A stretch of DNA of 64,000 bases, taken from positions 28,458,001 through 28,522,000 of the forward strand of contig OZ024742.1 in the NCBI GenBank assembly GCA_964016885.1. The letters run 5' to 3'. The notes under the pieces are model-generated. The model was not told where the DNA came from, did not search any database, and saw only the letters and a program-made list of their open reading frames with translations. This stretch comes from Eledone cirrhosa. Taxonomy: Eukaryota. The translations under genes and the position numbers were made by a program. Positions within the stretch are counted from its first letter, which is position 1. The number at the start of each line of letters is the position of its first letter. Positions 1-12,997 of the stretch are shown one piece after another.

Positions 1-220
1 TACAATATATATAATGTTTCCTTACAATAACAAAATCTGACAAAACTTAACTTGAGAAGAACACAACATATAAAATATAATTCCCCTGATAAACAAAATT
101 TAAATATATATATGTGTGTGTGTGTATGTGTATATATATGCAAGCATGGAAGATGGACGTTAAACGATGATGATGATGATGATGATATATTTATTTTATA
201 TATATATTTAAATTAGAAAT

Positions 221-264
221 GGTTTCTACAGGACTAGAAATGTTTCATTCAAATGAAATCATCA
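221..264 (-). ncRNA. Truncated hammerhead-like motif, same family as the 42596-42730 palindrome
   Basis: Minus strand TGATGA-TTTCATTTGAAT-GAAAC-ATTTCTAGTCCT-GTA-GAAACC closely matches the HHR at 42670-42713; 5' strand of stem I is missing. Confidence 0.55.
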
Positions 265-461
265 TATAATCATCATTTCATTTTACGTCCACTTTTCCCT
301 GCTTGCAAGGGTGGGACAAGAACTGATTCTGCTTTGATTTCTACAGCTGGATGCCCTTCCTAACACCAACCTCATTTACAGTGCTGGGTGCTTTTTTGCC
401 GTGGCACCTACACGACCACTTTGCAGTGGAATGATAGGGACCCCAATCCCTATCATCTCAT

Positions 462-598
462 TTCTACAGCTGAGTAAACTGGAGCAATGTGAAATAAAGT
501 GTCTTGCTCAAGGAAACAACACATCACTCGCTCTGAGAATTGAACTCACAACCTTTTGATTGCAAGGCCAATGCTCTAACCACAAAGCCATGTGCCTC
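462..598 (-). mobile_element. tRNA-derived SINE (family 1)
   Basis: Reverse complement of the head TGGCTT-GTGGTTAGAGC...GAGTTCAATTC and TTCCTTGAGCAAGACACTTT core seen at 12998 and 53489. Confidence 0.8.
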
Positions 599-599
599 C

Positions 600-639
<40 letters not shown>

Positions 640-712
640 CCTGTGATTCTGAGATTGAAGAGACCACTAATTATGGGAGTACTCAATACATGGGGAGATG
701 GAGATTGGGTGT

Positions 713-792
713 AGAGATATGTAAAATCCCAACCACAGCGCCAAGCAGTTTCGAAACTGCTTGGCAGTGTGGTTGGGATTCTACATCTCTCT
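713..792. repeat. Palindrome centred on TTTC|GAAA (3' half of a hammerhead-like motif in each arm)
   Basis: Arms of about 40 bp with no spacer; right arm GAAAC-TGC-TTG-GCA-GT forms a stem III. Confidence 0.75.
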
Positions 793-869
793 CTCTCTCT
801 GTATATGTACATATATAAATATATAGAGAGAGAAGGTGGCAAATTGGCAAAATTATTAGTATGTAAGAT

Positions 870-1020
870 ATATTTCTTTATTTGCCACAAGGGCGCACAA
901 GAAAAGGGGACAATAGAAAGACATATGGCGGGGATTTTACATACAATCGTGTAAAAAATGTTTAACATACAAATTCAACAATCGAAATCCTCAATAGGGG
1001 GGAGGCGTTACAAATGGGTT
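870..1020 (-). mobile_element. 3' end of Tx1/L1-like LINE
   Basis: Reverse complement contains GCCCTTGTGGCAAATAAAGAAA, matching the 3' end at 36205-36227. Confidence 0.5.
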
Positions 1021-1235
1021 GTTTTATACCCCATAGATAGAACAACCCTCAACTCCAGGAGCATGTTGTGCAAGTGCTTCTGTCTTCCTTTTGCTCTCTT
1101 CTTCAACCTAGAGATTTATATACAGAGAAGGCCCAATCACTCGGTCCATTTTATCTACCTCTAAACCCACTCTGCATCTCCCTATGCATTGAGTACACCC
1201 TTGTCTAGTTGTCTCCCTGATCTTAGCACCACAGA

Positions 1236-1269
<34 letters not shown>

Positions 1270-1569
1270 CATACACACATACACACATATATATAAATAG
1301 GTTTCTGAAGAGAAGGTGTTTATTTTCGAGACTATTGGTATGGAGTTACATAACTATCATTGATTAGTCTACATATCAATATTTTGCTCTGAGAAATGAG
1401 TGTGAAATGATGGATTAAATACATGGTTTGTCTTAATCTTTCATTGATTAACATTATATATATAATACAGCAGGGCTTTGAGGAAACAACAGCAATAACC
1501 CAGCCATGGCATAGCACTCAATGAAAACAGCAGGAGTCATTTTTATATATTTTATTTATGTTCATGTTA

Positions 1570-2010
1570 CTTGATTCATGTAATTTTTCTTCTTCTTTGC
1601 TCACTTATTCTTGAGAGTGTTTTGGGAGCAGTTTCCTCAAACACTCCTTCTAGTGGGTCCTGTCAAAAGCAACTCCCTCCAACTAATCCAGCTGGATCCC
1701 CAAGCAAGTCCAGTCAAGCTCATGAATGTTATCATATTCCATCATCATCTTTGCCCACTTATTCTTGAAAGTGTTGTGGGAGCAGTGTCCTCAAACACTC
1801 CTTCTAGTGTGTCCTGTCAAAAGCAACTCCCTCCAACTGATCTGGCTGGATCCCCAAGTGAGACCAACCAAGCTCATTGGATGTTATCCAACCATCTTGC
1901 TTGCATTCAACCCCTGGGTCTCCTGCCTGTTGGTTTTGCTCATAAAATCTGTTCAGGAATTCTTTCCTTAGACATTCTTGTCACATGTAATTTTTTGTTC
2001 ACATAACAGT
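1570..2010 (-). pseudogene. Decayed RTE-type LINE 3' end with ~155 bp tandem duplication
   Basis: Minus strand reads RPRG*..ARWLDNI/ELGWSHLGIQPDQLEGVAFDR..LLP; segment near 1600-1723 is repeated near 1755-1878. Confidence 0.6.
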
Positions 2011-2650
2011 TGTCTGATGAGATCGAAACTGTTAATTATATGTAACTTAATTAATTACCAACAAGAGTACTAATAATATGCAAATTAGTATGGCCATTTC
2101 AGAACAATGTTAAAAGCAATTGGATATATATACCCATGAAATACATGTTTATTTATGGTTGATTGGATGATACACACATCTTTTGATGCATGTTTTGTTT
2201 ACATGGTTACATATTAGATATGTGAATATATTTATACACATTGGTGCAGTCTTGGTTAACAACTCTGTATTTATACAGACATAACTTTACCATACAATTT
2301 GGCTTCTAGCTAACAATCCTGAGGTTGTGTTTGCTTCTTGGACTGTGCTTTGTTTGGTCTTCTTTAACAAGACATTTTATTACATGTTTTTCCAGTTTAC
2401 TCAGTTGTTGAAATGAGTTACGTCACTGGTACCGAGCTGTATCGGTCATTGCCTTTCCCTTGGACAACATTGAAGGCATGGAGAAGGGAAACTGGTAAAC
2501 ATGGATATATTATAATATATTTCTTCCATATACTGCACTATTTTTGTTTTGTTATTTCTGTTTACTTTTTACATACATACATATATATTTATATAAATAC
2601 ATAAAAAGAGAGAGAGAGAGATTTGTGAGTGCGTGTATATATAAATATAC

Positions 2651-2692
<42 letters not shown>

Positions 2693-3602
2693 TATATACA
2701 CACACACATACACACAACCATAAGCCAAGAATCACTTGAAGAAGCCTGAGATTTTTAGAATAATATTTCCATGAGTGACGATATATGGATCAATAATATA
2801 TGAAAATATTGGAGTTCTTTTACTGTTACTAAGAAACCACAATACTACTTCTCATCTTCTCCAAGAACAAACTTGATACAACAAGAATTGAAAAGCTTGG
2901 AGAGGATATACTTTTATTTTACTATAACTTCATGGCTGTCTTTTAATGTATCCTTTTATGTAACAAATCTTCCTTCAAGTTGCACCACTTAACAGTTGCC
3001 TTTTATTAATATTCGGAATGAAATTTCTTTTTATTAATTTTAAACTGAAATAAATGTTTTTTTTCTCCTTTAAAATATTTGGATTATTTTTGTTTTTGTT
3101 TTGCTTTTGTTGTTATTCTTTTTTCAAACATTTTTTTACATTTTCATTGTGATTTGTTTTGTTTTTGTTTTCTGTTTCTATTTCTATATATTTAATTTTA
3201 AATTTCAAATTGATGAAACAAAACGAGAATATTAAATGTTTTCCATTTTATATAGATATTAAATCCAGTTCCAGTGTGTGTGTGTGTGTGTGGGTGGGGG
3301 GGGGGGGGGGTTTCTTCTAACTTAGGCAAAGTGCAAGTCCTCAAATTCAGAGAGTATCTGTGAGAGTAAGGGGAATGGAAGTGATATATAGTTGATTGGA
3401 ACCCCTCTGTGGCAATCATATGGATCCCAGTTGGTGGCAAGTAGAAAAAAGGGAGACCCAAGAAAACCTGGTGGTCAACTTTCAAAGAAGATATCCAGAG
3501 GATTCAATAAGATGGAGGTAAAGGGGTGATGTATGCTTCAACCTGTGCTCATATATAGTGACGAAACATAAGTCAATTGCATGAACTCATAATCCTTTAT
3601 TT

Positions 3603-3660
3603 ACTGTTATATATATTTCGATGATAGCCATTGAATGGCTATGACCTCATCAGGTAGTTA
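3603..3660 (-). ncRNA. Degenerate type-I hammerhead motif
   Basis: Minus strand CTGATGA-GGTCATAGCCA-TTCAA-TGGCTATCATC-GAAA-TATA-TA; good stem II and palindromic stem III, but poor stem I. Confidence 0.45.
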
Positions 3661-4680
3661 GTCAGTTCTTAGATATGCCAGCTCTGTGTTTATAGTGTTG
3701 ATGGTATCAGAGCCTTGGGATATATGAGCTCGTTAGGAATAATTTAATGCTGTCAGCAGGAATAGTCTTAATTCTCATTGGTCAGTTTGTAGATGCTAGT
3801 AGGGTTGGTATTTGACCTCAAAGAGGCAGGTGGTGTTGTAAAGTTCAAACCGTCAGGCAAGATGACAATAGTTCCATATGACTGATTTTCACAAAAAGCA
3901 TTCCTGGTCAGATATATATTCAATTAAGGTTAATGGTATGAAATAGATACTACAGGTCATTCTTAAATTGAGGAATTTATGTGGAGTGGTGCTACTGAAG
4001 ATTATGGTTGGGGTAGAAAATTGACAAATAAAAAAAACTTACGTAGGTTGGCTTGCATATACACTCACACCCACCTCCACAGACACACAGACACATCCAT
4101 ACATACAAATTGAGGAATTAATGTAGGGTGGTAATACTTAAAATAATGGTTAGAGTCAAATACTTAGATAGTTTAAAAAATTTAGAAATAAAAGGCTTAT
4201 GTTGGTTGACTTGTACATACACTCACCTTCCCCTCAGACACATACACATCTACACACACAAATCCATACAGGTGTGTATATATATGTACGCACAAGTATA
4301 TATATATATAAAATACATATATATATATACATAAAATACACATATATATAAAATATATATATATACATAAAATACATATATATATAAAATATACATACAC
4401 ATATATATATAAAATACATATATATATATATAAAATATATACACACATATACATATATACATATAAAATACACATATATACACACATAAAATATATATAT
4501 ATATACATATAATATATATATATATAAAATCAGGTTCAATAAAACGTGGTTTAGATGACTCCTAACCAGTAGAGGATCCGGTGGACCATCCCCCATAGGG
4601 ACCACAAACTATGGGAGTTTGTTGTTGTCCATTGGTCATTGGTGTAGGGGACCTACAGGGGGGGAGGCCTTAACCGGGGT

Positions 4681-5124
4681 TTATCCATATAGCTTGAGGA
4701 AAGTTCCCGTCCTTAGGTGTCTGCAGGCACCGAATAAGTCGGCCCTTTTGTTTAATAGCTTGGTTCCGCCATGAAGTATCTCGAGTGTCTCACTAAGACA
4801 GAGGTTGCAAATACCAGACCTGCCTCTGTCTGGGGGAACCTTTTTAACCACGGACCAGACCAGAGAGTACGGGGTCTTTTCAAGTTTGAGCTTCCAGATC
4901 AATTCAGAAAGGGCTGTACATTTCCTCTTATCTATTATGTTAAAGGAATGGCGATGGTTATACCACCGATCTTTGAAGCTCGTCACTGTGGATCCTATGT
5001 AGTGGTGCTCCGAGTTAGGGGTTGTGACCTTGCACCTGTAGACTACGTTTTTCATCATGCATTCATTACTAAGGGGGCATAGTGATGGGTCTCTGCAATT
5101 ACATGACTTCTTAAGCCCCACCAC
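4681..5124 (-). pseudogene. PLE GIY-YIG endonuclease domain with Cys-rich motifs
   Basis: CNCR..CPL..C..VVY..HYIGST..FKDRWYNH..LSELIW..CNLCLSE..LLNKR..CRH. Confidence 0.9.
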
Positions 5125-5894
5125 ATGTGTACCGCGTGGTTACCATCACTCAGGGTTGGCTGGGTAGCCTCCACAATCAGCACAGGGTCGTTGGGTTCCG
5201 GTGTGCTAGTTGGGACTGTCCGGGTTCCAGTGCGTCCCGCGTGCTGGTTCTGTTTGGTGGCTCCGGAGTTTACGGTGGTATTAGAGGCAGTGAGCCTATT
5301 CCTATTTATGCCAGCTATGTGCTGGGCTACGGAGTGTGTGGTTGAGTAGGAAAGTTTCACCGTGTGCCTGTTGAATATTTTATGGTACTTGTCGGCCCTA
5401 GGGAAACATTTATCCAGTACTCTAAAGAATGTTCTAGCTAGGCTGGTACGTAGACCCACCGAGTACAGAGGGTTATACCATGTGACCTTCCTGATCCTAT
5501 TCTTGCGGAGTTGTTGGGTGTCCGCCGTGGTCCATCGCGTGGTTGTGCACAGCTCAGGTCGAGCTCGGTTGGTGTCACTCAGGTGTGCGGGGCGGTCACT
5601 ATCATGAGGGTTATATGGGCCCACTGTGGGGATATAAACCTGCGAGGTGCGGCCTCCCTGCTCAGTTAGGGTTTGGCGGGTGGTGGGGCCGGTGCAGGGG
5701 TGCCTATGCTCCGCAGCACAGTGGTCTTCAGCGTTGTAAGTATTAGATCGGTGGGGTATGCGGGACCTTCTACCGGGGGTGGTGATGGATAGGGGTCTGG
5801 GAGTGTTACTACTGGTCACCGAGGTATTAGGTGGGCGACTCATGCTCCTGAGAGTATTGGTCCGGGGTACCCTTGGGTCATCTCAAACATGTCC

Positions 5895-6793
5895 TTAAGG
5901 GTTGTAGCTGATCCTATGGCTGTGGGACGCCTTGGCTACTGCTGAGTTATAGTAATCAGCGTTACTATTGAATAACTCTTTATTGGCCGACAAGTTAAAG
6001 ATCCTGTCAGAGACACTCTTAACTACGGCCTTAACAATAGATCTAGGGTGATTGGACCCAGCGTTGATATACACCAGCTTCTCATTGGGTTTATGATATG
6101 GGTGGTGTAGCTTGGTGTTGAGGTTGAAGATGGTGTCCAGGAAATTCACTACTTTTCTATTGGGTTCCATCTCTACTTTAAGTCCTAGCTTGCTAAAGAA
6201 GTGCCTAATTCTCCTCTTCATATTTTCGACCATTGTGGAGCTGTGGTCCACTACGGTGAAGAGTGCGTCATCTCGGTACAGCCCGCCACCCAGGTTGGGT
6301 ATTTCTCTCCTGATCTCGTAGAGTATGTATATCCCAACCAAGTCCGTTAACTGCGCGAAGTCACTGGAGCCCATTGTAATGTCAAAATTATTTGGCCAGT
6401 TGCTCCGGGTCCATATGACCCCACCGAATCGGATCAGGATCTTTCTGGCAGCGTGTATGATTCGGACCTCGTCGCGTGTTAGGTCTGTCCTATTCATCGC
6501 GAATATGAGTGCCTTGTTCAAGACTATAGGCGAGATAGAGGAGTAGTAATTGTTGATGTCTAGTTGTATGAAGCTAGTCCTATGTTTGTCAGGTAAAAAT
6601 GTAAACCAGTCCAGCACCTGGCTGGTGCAGGACCAGAGTTGTGGTTACAACTCTTAAGTGTGGGCAGGATCCTATCTAAAATGCTTTTGCTAATAACCCC
6701 CATGTCTGACCGGGAGGGGGCTATCAGTCTGACTGGCAGGTCAGACTCGAAGTTTGGTTTATGATCTTTAATGGCTATCCTCGGCTCCCTTGG

Positions 6794-6794
<1 letters not shown>
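5895..6794 (-). pseudogene. PLE reverse transcriptase (frameshift near 6650, stop at 5895)
   Basis: ORF 5895-6617 has the YRDD catalytic motif and FLD/YHKP/SNHP thumb motifs; the upstream KDHK block is in another frame. Confidence 0.9.
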
Positions 6795-6846
<52 letters not shown>

Positions 6847-6997
6847 ATAATATATACTACTCTGGCTCGCACCATTTTTACAGGTCATTGAGCACTTCTT
6901 TTTATCTGCTTCACAACTGACTGACCATAATGTGGTCCACACACCCCTGGTCAATTAGTCGGTTACCCCATATTCTAATTCTAAATATATATATATA

Positions 6998-7150
6998 GTA
7001 ATAATAATAAATGTGAAGACTAAAATCCAAAGAGGGCTCGATAAGGATAAATATATATCAAATATAAAAGAACCCTAGAGCAGATCCTAGAAGATCCCAT
7101 TAAGGGTGAAAGCACCGATTCTTTGCTTAAACTTTAATCTGTTATTTTGA
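6998..7150. mobile_element. Short hammerhead-like island, same family as 55981-56202
   Basis: High similarity to 55981-56068 and 56136-56198; GAAGATCCCATTAAGGGTGAAAGCA..TGCTT. Confidence 0.7.
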
Positions 7151-7174
7151 TATATATATATATATATATATATA

Positions 7175-8383
7175 CAAACCTGGAAGCAGGGACTAGAGAG
7201 AAAGGGCCTCAAAGTCAACATGACAAAGACTAAGGTCCTTATAAGTAGACGAGAAAACAGAACCCAGATCCCCTCAGGGAAATGGCCTTGCTCAGTATGT
7301 AGGAAAGGTGTATGTAGGAACTCCATTCTTTGCCCCAAATGCAAACAATGGGTACACAAGAGATGTAGCGGGATCTCAGGAAGCTTAATTAAGAATGTAG
7401 GATTCACATGCAGCAGCTGTGCTGAAACAGCAAGCAAACAGCCACAGGAAACAAGTACCACCAATCTCTGGGAGGGCCCTGTAGAAACAGTAGACAGCTT
7501 CTGCTACCTAGGTGACCGAATTAGCAACGGAGGTGGGTGCTCAGAAAGTACAATAACTAGGGTAAGAACGGGATGGAAGAAGTTTAGGGAACTACTACCA
7601 CTGCTAGCTGCAAAAGGCTTCTCCCTCAGAATGAAAGGCAGACTGTATGATGCGTGTATCCGAACAGCGATGTTGCATGGTAGTGAGACCTGGGCGCTGA
7701 AGGTGGAAGACTTACGTAGATTAGAGAGAAACGAAGCCTGCATGCTCCGATGGATGTGTAACAGTAATATACGTGAACGACAAAGCATAAAGGAATTGAG
7801 AGAGAGACTGAGCATAAGAGGAATCAAATGCTGCGTGCAGGAGAGGCGGTTACGCTGGTATGGACATGTGATGCGTATGAAGGATGACAGCTGCATAAAA
7901 AGGTGCAGAGCACTAGAAGTTGATGGAAACCGCGGAGTGGGGAGACCCAAGATGACTTGGGATGAGGTGATAAAAGCCGACCATACCCAACTACACCTCT
8001 CAAAGTCAATGACACACGACCGTGACTTCTGGTGTCACGCAGTAATGCAGGGTACCCGACCTCCCATGGGTACATGCTGAAGCATATAAACAATATGCCC
8101 CCCCCCCCACCGCAAGGTGGTCGTGGAGGTGCCACGGCAAAAAAGCACCCAGCCCACACTGTAAAGTGGACGTGTAGGCGCCACGAAAAAGCACCCAGCA
8201 CTCACTGTAAATGAGGTTGGTGTTAGGAAGGGCATCCAGCTGTAGAAATCAAGCCAGATCAGTTCCTGTATGAGCAAGGCATGGTCAGCCGACCAGACAC
8301 TGCCCACAACGGGACAACCCGTCTAACCCATGCTAGCGTGGAAGAACGGACGTAAAACGGTGATGATGATGATGATGATGATG
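7175..8383 (+). mobile_element. 5'-truncated RTE-clade LINE
   Basis: ORF 7220-8080 with KTKVL, FCYLGD, LHGSETW, RLRWYGHVMR, GRPKMTW; 3' UTR and (GAT)n tail. Confidence 0.93.
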
Positions 8384-9146
8384 ACTGCTATTCTCTCTCC
8401 CCCTTCTCTCTCCTTCTCCCTCTTACTTTCATTCACCCCCTCTGATAGTCACCCTCTCTTGGCTAGCCTCTTCCACACACTTTCACTCACTTACTCTCTG
8501 CTACTCACCCTCTCTCTCACTTTCTCCATCGTCCTACACCGTGTGTAATTCTTTCCTCGCTTACTTTCACATGGTTGGGATGTGTCTCTCGTCAATATTT
8601 GCAAGTTCTTATGTTCAAATGAATCATTGACTTGATTTTCTCATTTTTTCCTCTCTTTACGTTGCCTCACCATTTGTGATTATTTACCTGTCTCTCTTTC
8701 TCCACCCAATTATTTTTATCCCAATAACTTATTTTAGTTATTGTTCACGCTAGCCTGAGGTATCTGGTCTTTAATGCGAAGAAATACCTATGATGGTTAG
8801 TAGATCACTGATGATGGATAGTCCTGGCTTCTATTTCTAATTCTTCTTTTTAATTTGTATATATATATATAGGTACAGGCTGAGTCATAACTAACAAGGC
8901 ACTTCAACATTTATATTCCAAATAATAATATTTATTAAAGTTCTGGCCTTACATTATGAAATTACAAACATCAAACCAAAACAGTTATCTGTGAAACTTA
9001 TAGTAAATATACTTAGATTCACCCTATATATATATATGTATATACTGTGTGAGCGAATCACGGTACCCAACCTGATTCCTTACAAAGGGACAGCCCATTC
9101 TACCCCTGCTAGCATGAATGATGGATATATGATGATGATGATGATG

Positions 9147-9179
<33 letters not shown>

Positions 9180-9900
9180 GAGAGAGAGAGAGTCAGAAGG
9201 AAGATATAATAGAGAAAAAAGGAAGCTAAGAGGACATAAAATAGCAGTTTTAAATAGGATGCACACACACACATATATATGTATATATAAATATATATAT
9301 ATATATATACACACACCACACACACACACAAATCTTATGTTATATAAAGTTTTGACACTTATTCCAATATCATTATCTAAAACCTTGTTTAAATGTAAAC
9401 TAAGATTTCAGCATTATCCTTAAGAAAATAAAAGACACCATACTTTATCTCAAGAATTTATCACTTCTCTATCTGCTGTTTATTCTTTATATAATATGAT
9501 AGTTCCTTCCCATCACACACTCACACACTCCCAATGTTTGAAAAAATAAATTTGTTCTTTGTTGACAGAACGTATGCAATGTATGTCCCATTACCAAAAT
9601 GTCACCAGTTGGGTTTTATCACAAATCTACATTATGGGGTCTCACTTCGCTGCAAAATAACAGGAAAATGGTTTAAGAAAGAAGAAAAATCTAACAAACA
9701 TAAATTAAATGTGAAGATAATGGTTCAATTTATTTCTGTTTGTTCCTCTCTAATAAGTGATAGTGTCACCAAACTAAGACATGAGCTAAGTTCTCACCAT
9801 AATTTACAGTTTATATATATATGTGTATATATATATAGTAATAATAAATATATATACACACACACACATATATAGTGAAAATAATTGAAGTTATATATAT

Positions 9901-9936
<36 letters not shown>

Positions 9937-11429
9937 GGTGGCTGATGAAAAAAAGATGCAGATGTCAGTTCATGTTATGTAACTCTTTATCTATATGCAC
10001 TTTCTGCTGATATCATCATCATCATCATCATCATTTAACATCCATCTTCCACGGTAGCATGGGTTAGATGGTTTTGTTCCATTTGATGTGGGAATGGTCG
10101 GGAGACTGTCTCACTTGCACGGAAGTGTCTCTGGCAGGTTTTTTACAGCTGGATGCCCTTCCCAACACAAACCACATTTACAGTTTGGACTGGGAGCCTT
10201 TTTACCATGTCTCCTACATGACCACTTTACATACACATGCACACATACATATATCATCACCGTCAGTTAACATCTGCTCTCCCTACTAGCATGGGTTAGA
10301 CAGGTCTACATAGACCAAGCGAGTGCTAAAGCAGAGCTACTGTCCTCCCTGACAAACCACATGGTCTGCAACTTGCTACGTACTGCCTCACATTCTACCA
10401 AGTGCACAGAGGAGGTTGTCATGTCTTATTTATACTTTTTTTTTGGTATTTGTTTTGTAAAGATTCTTGATGTGAAATCGTGTGTTGAAACAGATTCTGA
10501 TGTTATACGTTAGGAAGGCCATGCTGCCAATTAAAACAACAGTTGAGTTTCACTCCGATTTTTATTATTAGTTAGGGTCTGTTAAAAGGTAGGTAAGAGA
10601 GATAACGGTGGCCTTTTGTAGGCTCAGAGAGGAATTTAGGTGGCTGTGTGTTGCTCGTAGCATTTCTCCACTTATTTGTTGTGTCTATAATTTTGTCATT
10701 TATTATACTGGTTGGATGCCCTTCCTAACACCAGCACCACTTTACAGCATGGTCTGGGTGCTTTTATTCGTGCCACCAGCACTAGAGAGGTTGTCTTACT
10801 GGACTCAGGGGCCCTCTTTACCCCTCCATTTTACAGGTCATATATATACATACACACACACATATATATATGGGGCGGGGGTATGTATATATTTACTTTA
10901 TGTAGTATAATTTAACTAATAAGTGGTTAAGTTTGTGATCTAGTCATTCTGATCAACAGACTGGGATGTAATAAGTAAAAGCACTCAATGTTATATGTAT
11001 TCTCCATCATAGATGTGCTATGTCATGGTTGGTACACACACACGTGTGTGTATGTGTGTATATATATATACACACATGTACATATGTATGTATATGTGCG
11101 GGGACATAGAAATAGTTGGGCTGGACACCCGATCGCGCGGTTAAACCACTGGGAGTGAAGGACCCCTAGCCTTTGTCAGGGCATTCTTCTAGGAGAAGGC
11201 AACTCAGGAAACTGGGATAACTCCAATATAAAACCTTGATCTTTTCTTCTTTTCGGGTTATAACTACTCTCGCTCAGAGTGGGATTGGCTCAGTGCACAG
11301 TCTTTCCTCACTTTAAAAAATATCTTCACCCACAGGCATTGCTTGATAGAATTAATTAATAATTATTAATAATGGTATATTGTACAATGGCCATACTCGA
11401 TAACGAGGGGGCAGCCATCATATATATAT

Positions 11430-11584
11430 AACAAAGAAGGTGTGGTAAGATACCAGGTGGACCATAACGCACCAGAGTACTCGATACTTAGGGTAGTAGA
11501 GTGGGTAATAGGGAAAGAGTCAGGACCTCGGATCTAACTGTCAAAACAGCCGGAGCTCAGCTGTCGGGGTCCTGACTCTTTTCC

Positions 11585-11587
<3 letters not shown>
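11430..11587. mobile_element. (TA)n-flanked island with inverted arms, a hammerhead 3' half and the bulged hairpin
   Basis: GAGTCAGGACCTC...(A)AAAC-AGC-CGGAGCTCA-GCT-GTC-GGGGTCCTGACTC; related copy at 19654-19793. Confidence 0.6.
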
Positions 11588-11617
<30 letters not shown>

Positions 11618-11989
11618 GTATATATGTATATGAGTATGTATATAATGTATACATATGCACTGGTGTGTGTGAGTATGTGTAGATATGTATATGAGTATGT
11701 ATATAATGTATACATATGCACTGGTGTGTGTGAGTATGTGTAGATATAGATATTTCTTATATTTACCTAAATGACAGTACCACTTTAATCCCTCATTCCC
11801 CCTACATCCATTCAACCCCACCCCCACCCACGTAACTTTCTTCTTACCAAACTCTTTCTTATAATTTTACTTTTCACTCAAATTGTAATGTTACCCTCAC
11901 CCCTCATTTTCTGCTTCCCTGCCTGACTTCTGTCATCTATACCATTTCTTGCTCAGTTCCCCTACCTCTCCCCCCCCCCCCCCGTACTT

Positions 11990-12440
11990 CACTACCTCTA
12001 CACCACCCAGTACCTCACTACCTCTACCCTATCCACAGTCCCCATACCTCTCTACCCCACCCAGTTCCTATATCTCTCTAACCCTACCCCCACAGGCTCC
12101 CTACCTCTCTACACCACCCAGTTGCTCTATCTCTCTAATCCTACCCCCACAGTCCCCATACCTCTCTACCCCACCCAGTCCTTATATCTCTCTAACCCTA
12201 CCCCCACAGGCTCCCTACCTCTCTACACCACCCACAGTTGCTCTATCTCACTAACCCTACCCCCACAGCCTCCCTACCTCTCTACACCACCCACAGTTGC
12301 TCTATCTCTCTAATCCTACCCCCACAGTCCCTATATCTCACTAACCCTACCCCCACAGGCTCCCTACCTCTCTACCCCACCCACAGGCTCCCTATCTTTC
12401 CACTCCCACACATAGTGCCCCTATCTCTCTACCCCCACCC
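11990..12440. repeat. ~57 bp C-rich minisatellite
   Basis: CTCTCTAACCCTACCCCCACAG..CTCTCTACACCACCCAG repeated at 12074, 12131, 12188 and onward. Confidence 0.8.
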
Positions 12441-12997
12441 ACAGATCTTTCTCACTGTAATTCTGTCATCAAATGCTAAGTAACCTTCATCTCTCTTACT
12501 GCCACTCTCTCTCCTTAACTCTTTCTCTCTTTTCCTTCCTTCATCTACTTCCCACTATATTTTTTTGGGGAACCCTCTTTTTTTCTAACTATATCTATAT
12601 ATTCTCACACTCTCTCAGTCTAATGTACATGTGAGTGTGAGAGTGAGTATTCTTTCTCTCTCCCTCTCTGTATGTATGTATATATATGTGTGTGTGTATG
12701 TTATATATATAAGAGTGAAGGCGTGTGGATGAGTGGTAAGGGAATTGGGTTTGCAATCCTGTACAGGTGATGTGTTTCCTTGAGCAAGACACTTTATTTC
12801 ACGTTGCTCATTCTACTTGGAGTTGCAGCGGTAGACAGTACTAGAAACTGGAAAGACCAATGGAAACATTGTTTCCTCGGTCTGATTTGACGAAAGTCGA
12901 TCGACTATCAATACATATAAGGAGTGGTATGAGTGGGTGAAATATGTACATATGTATACAAATATATAACTATATACACACACATATATATATACAG

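Larger units (their letters stand above)
4530..6794 (-). mobile_element. 5'-truncated, decayed Penelope-like retroelement (RT + GIY-YIG endonuclease)
   Basis: IKDHKPNF..VRLIAPSRSDMGVISK; RT motifs IQLDINNYYSSI, FDITMGS, GLYRDDAL; RKVTWYNP..HKIFNRHTVKLSYS; GIY-YIG domain; (TA)n on both sides. Confidence 0.93.

Noticed and set aside
4681-5124. Selenocysteine-recoded PLE endonuclease
   Set aside because: The conserved Cys positions are ordinary Cys codons; the in-frame stops lie in a non-conserved linker
11140-11420. GC-richer structured island
   Set aside because: Resembles an RTE-type 5' UTR/SINE segment (GGGCA..CTAGGAGAAGG..AACTC); I could not fold a convincing ribozyme by eye
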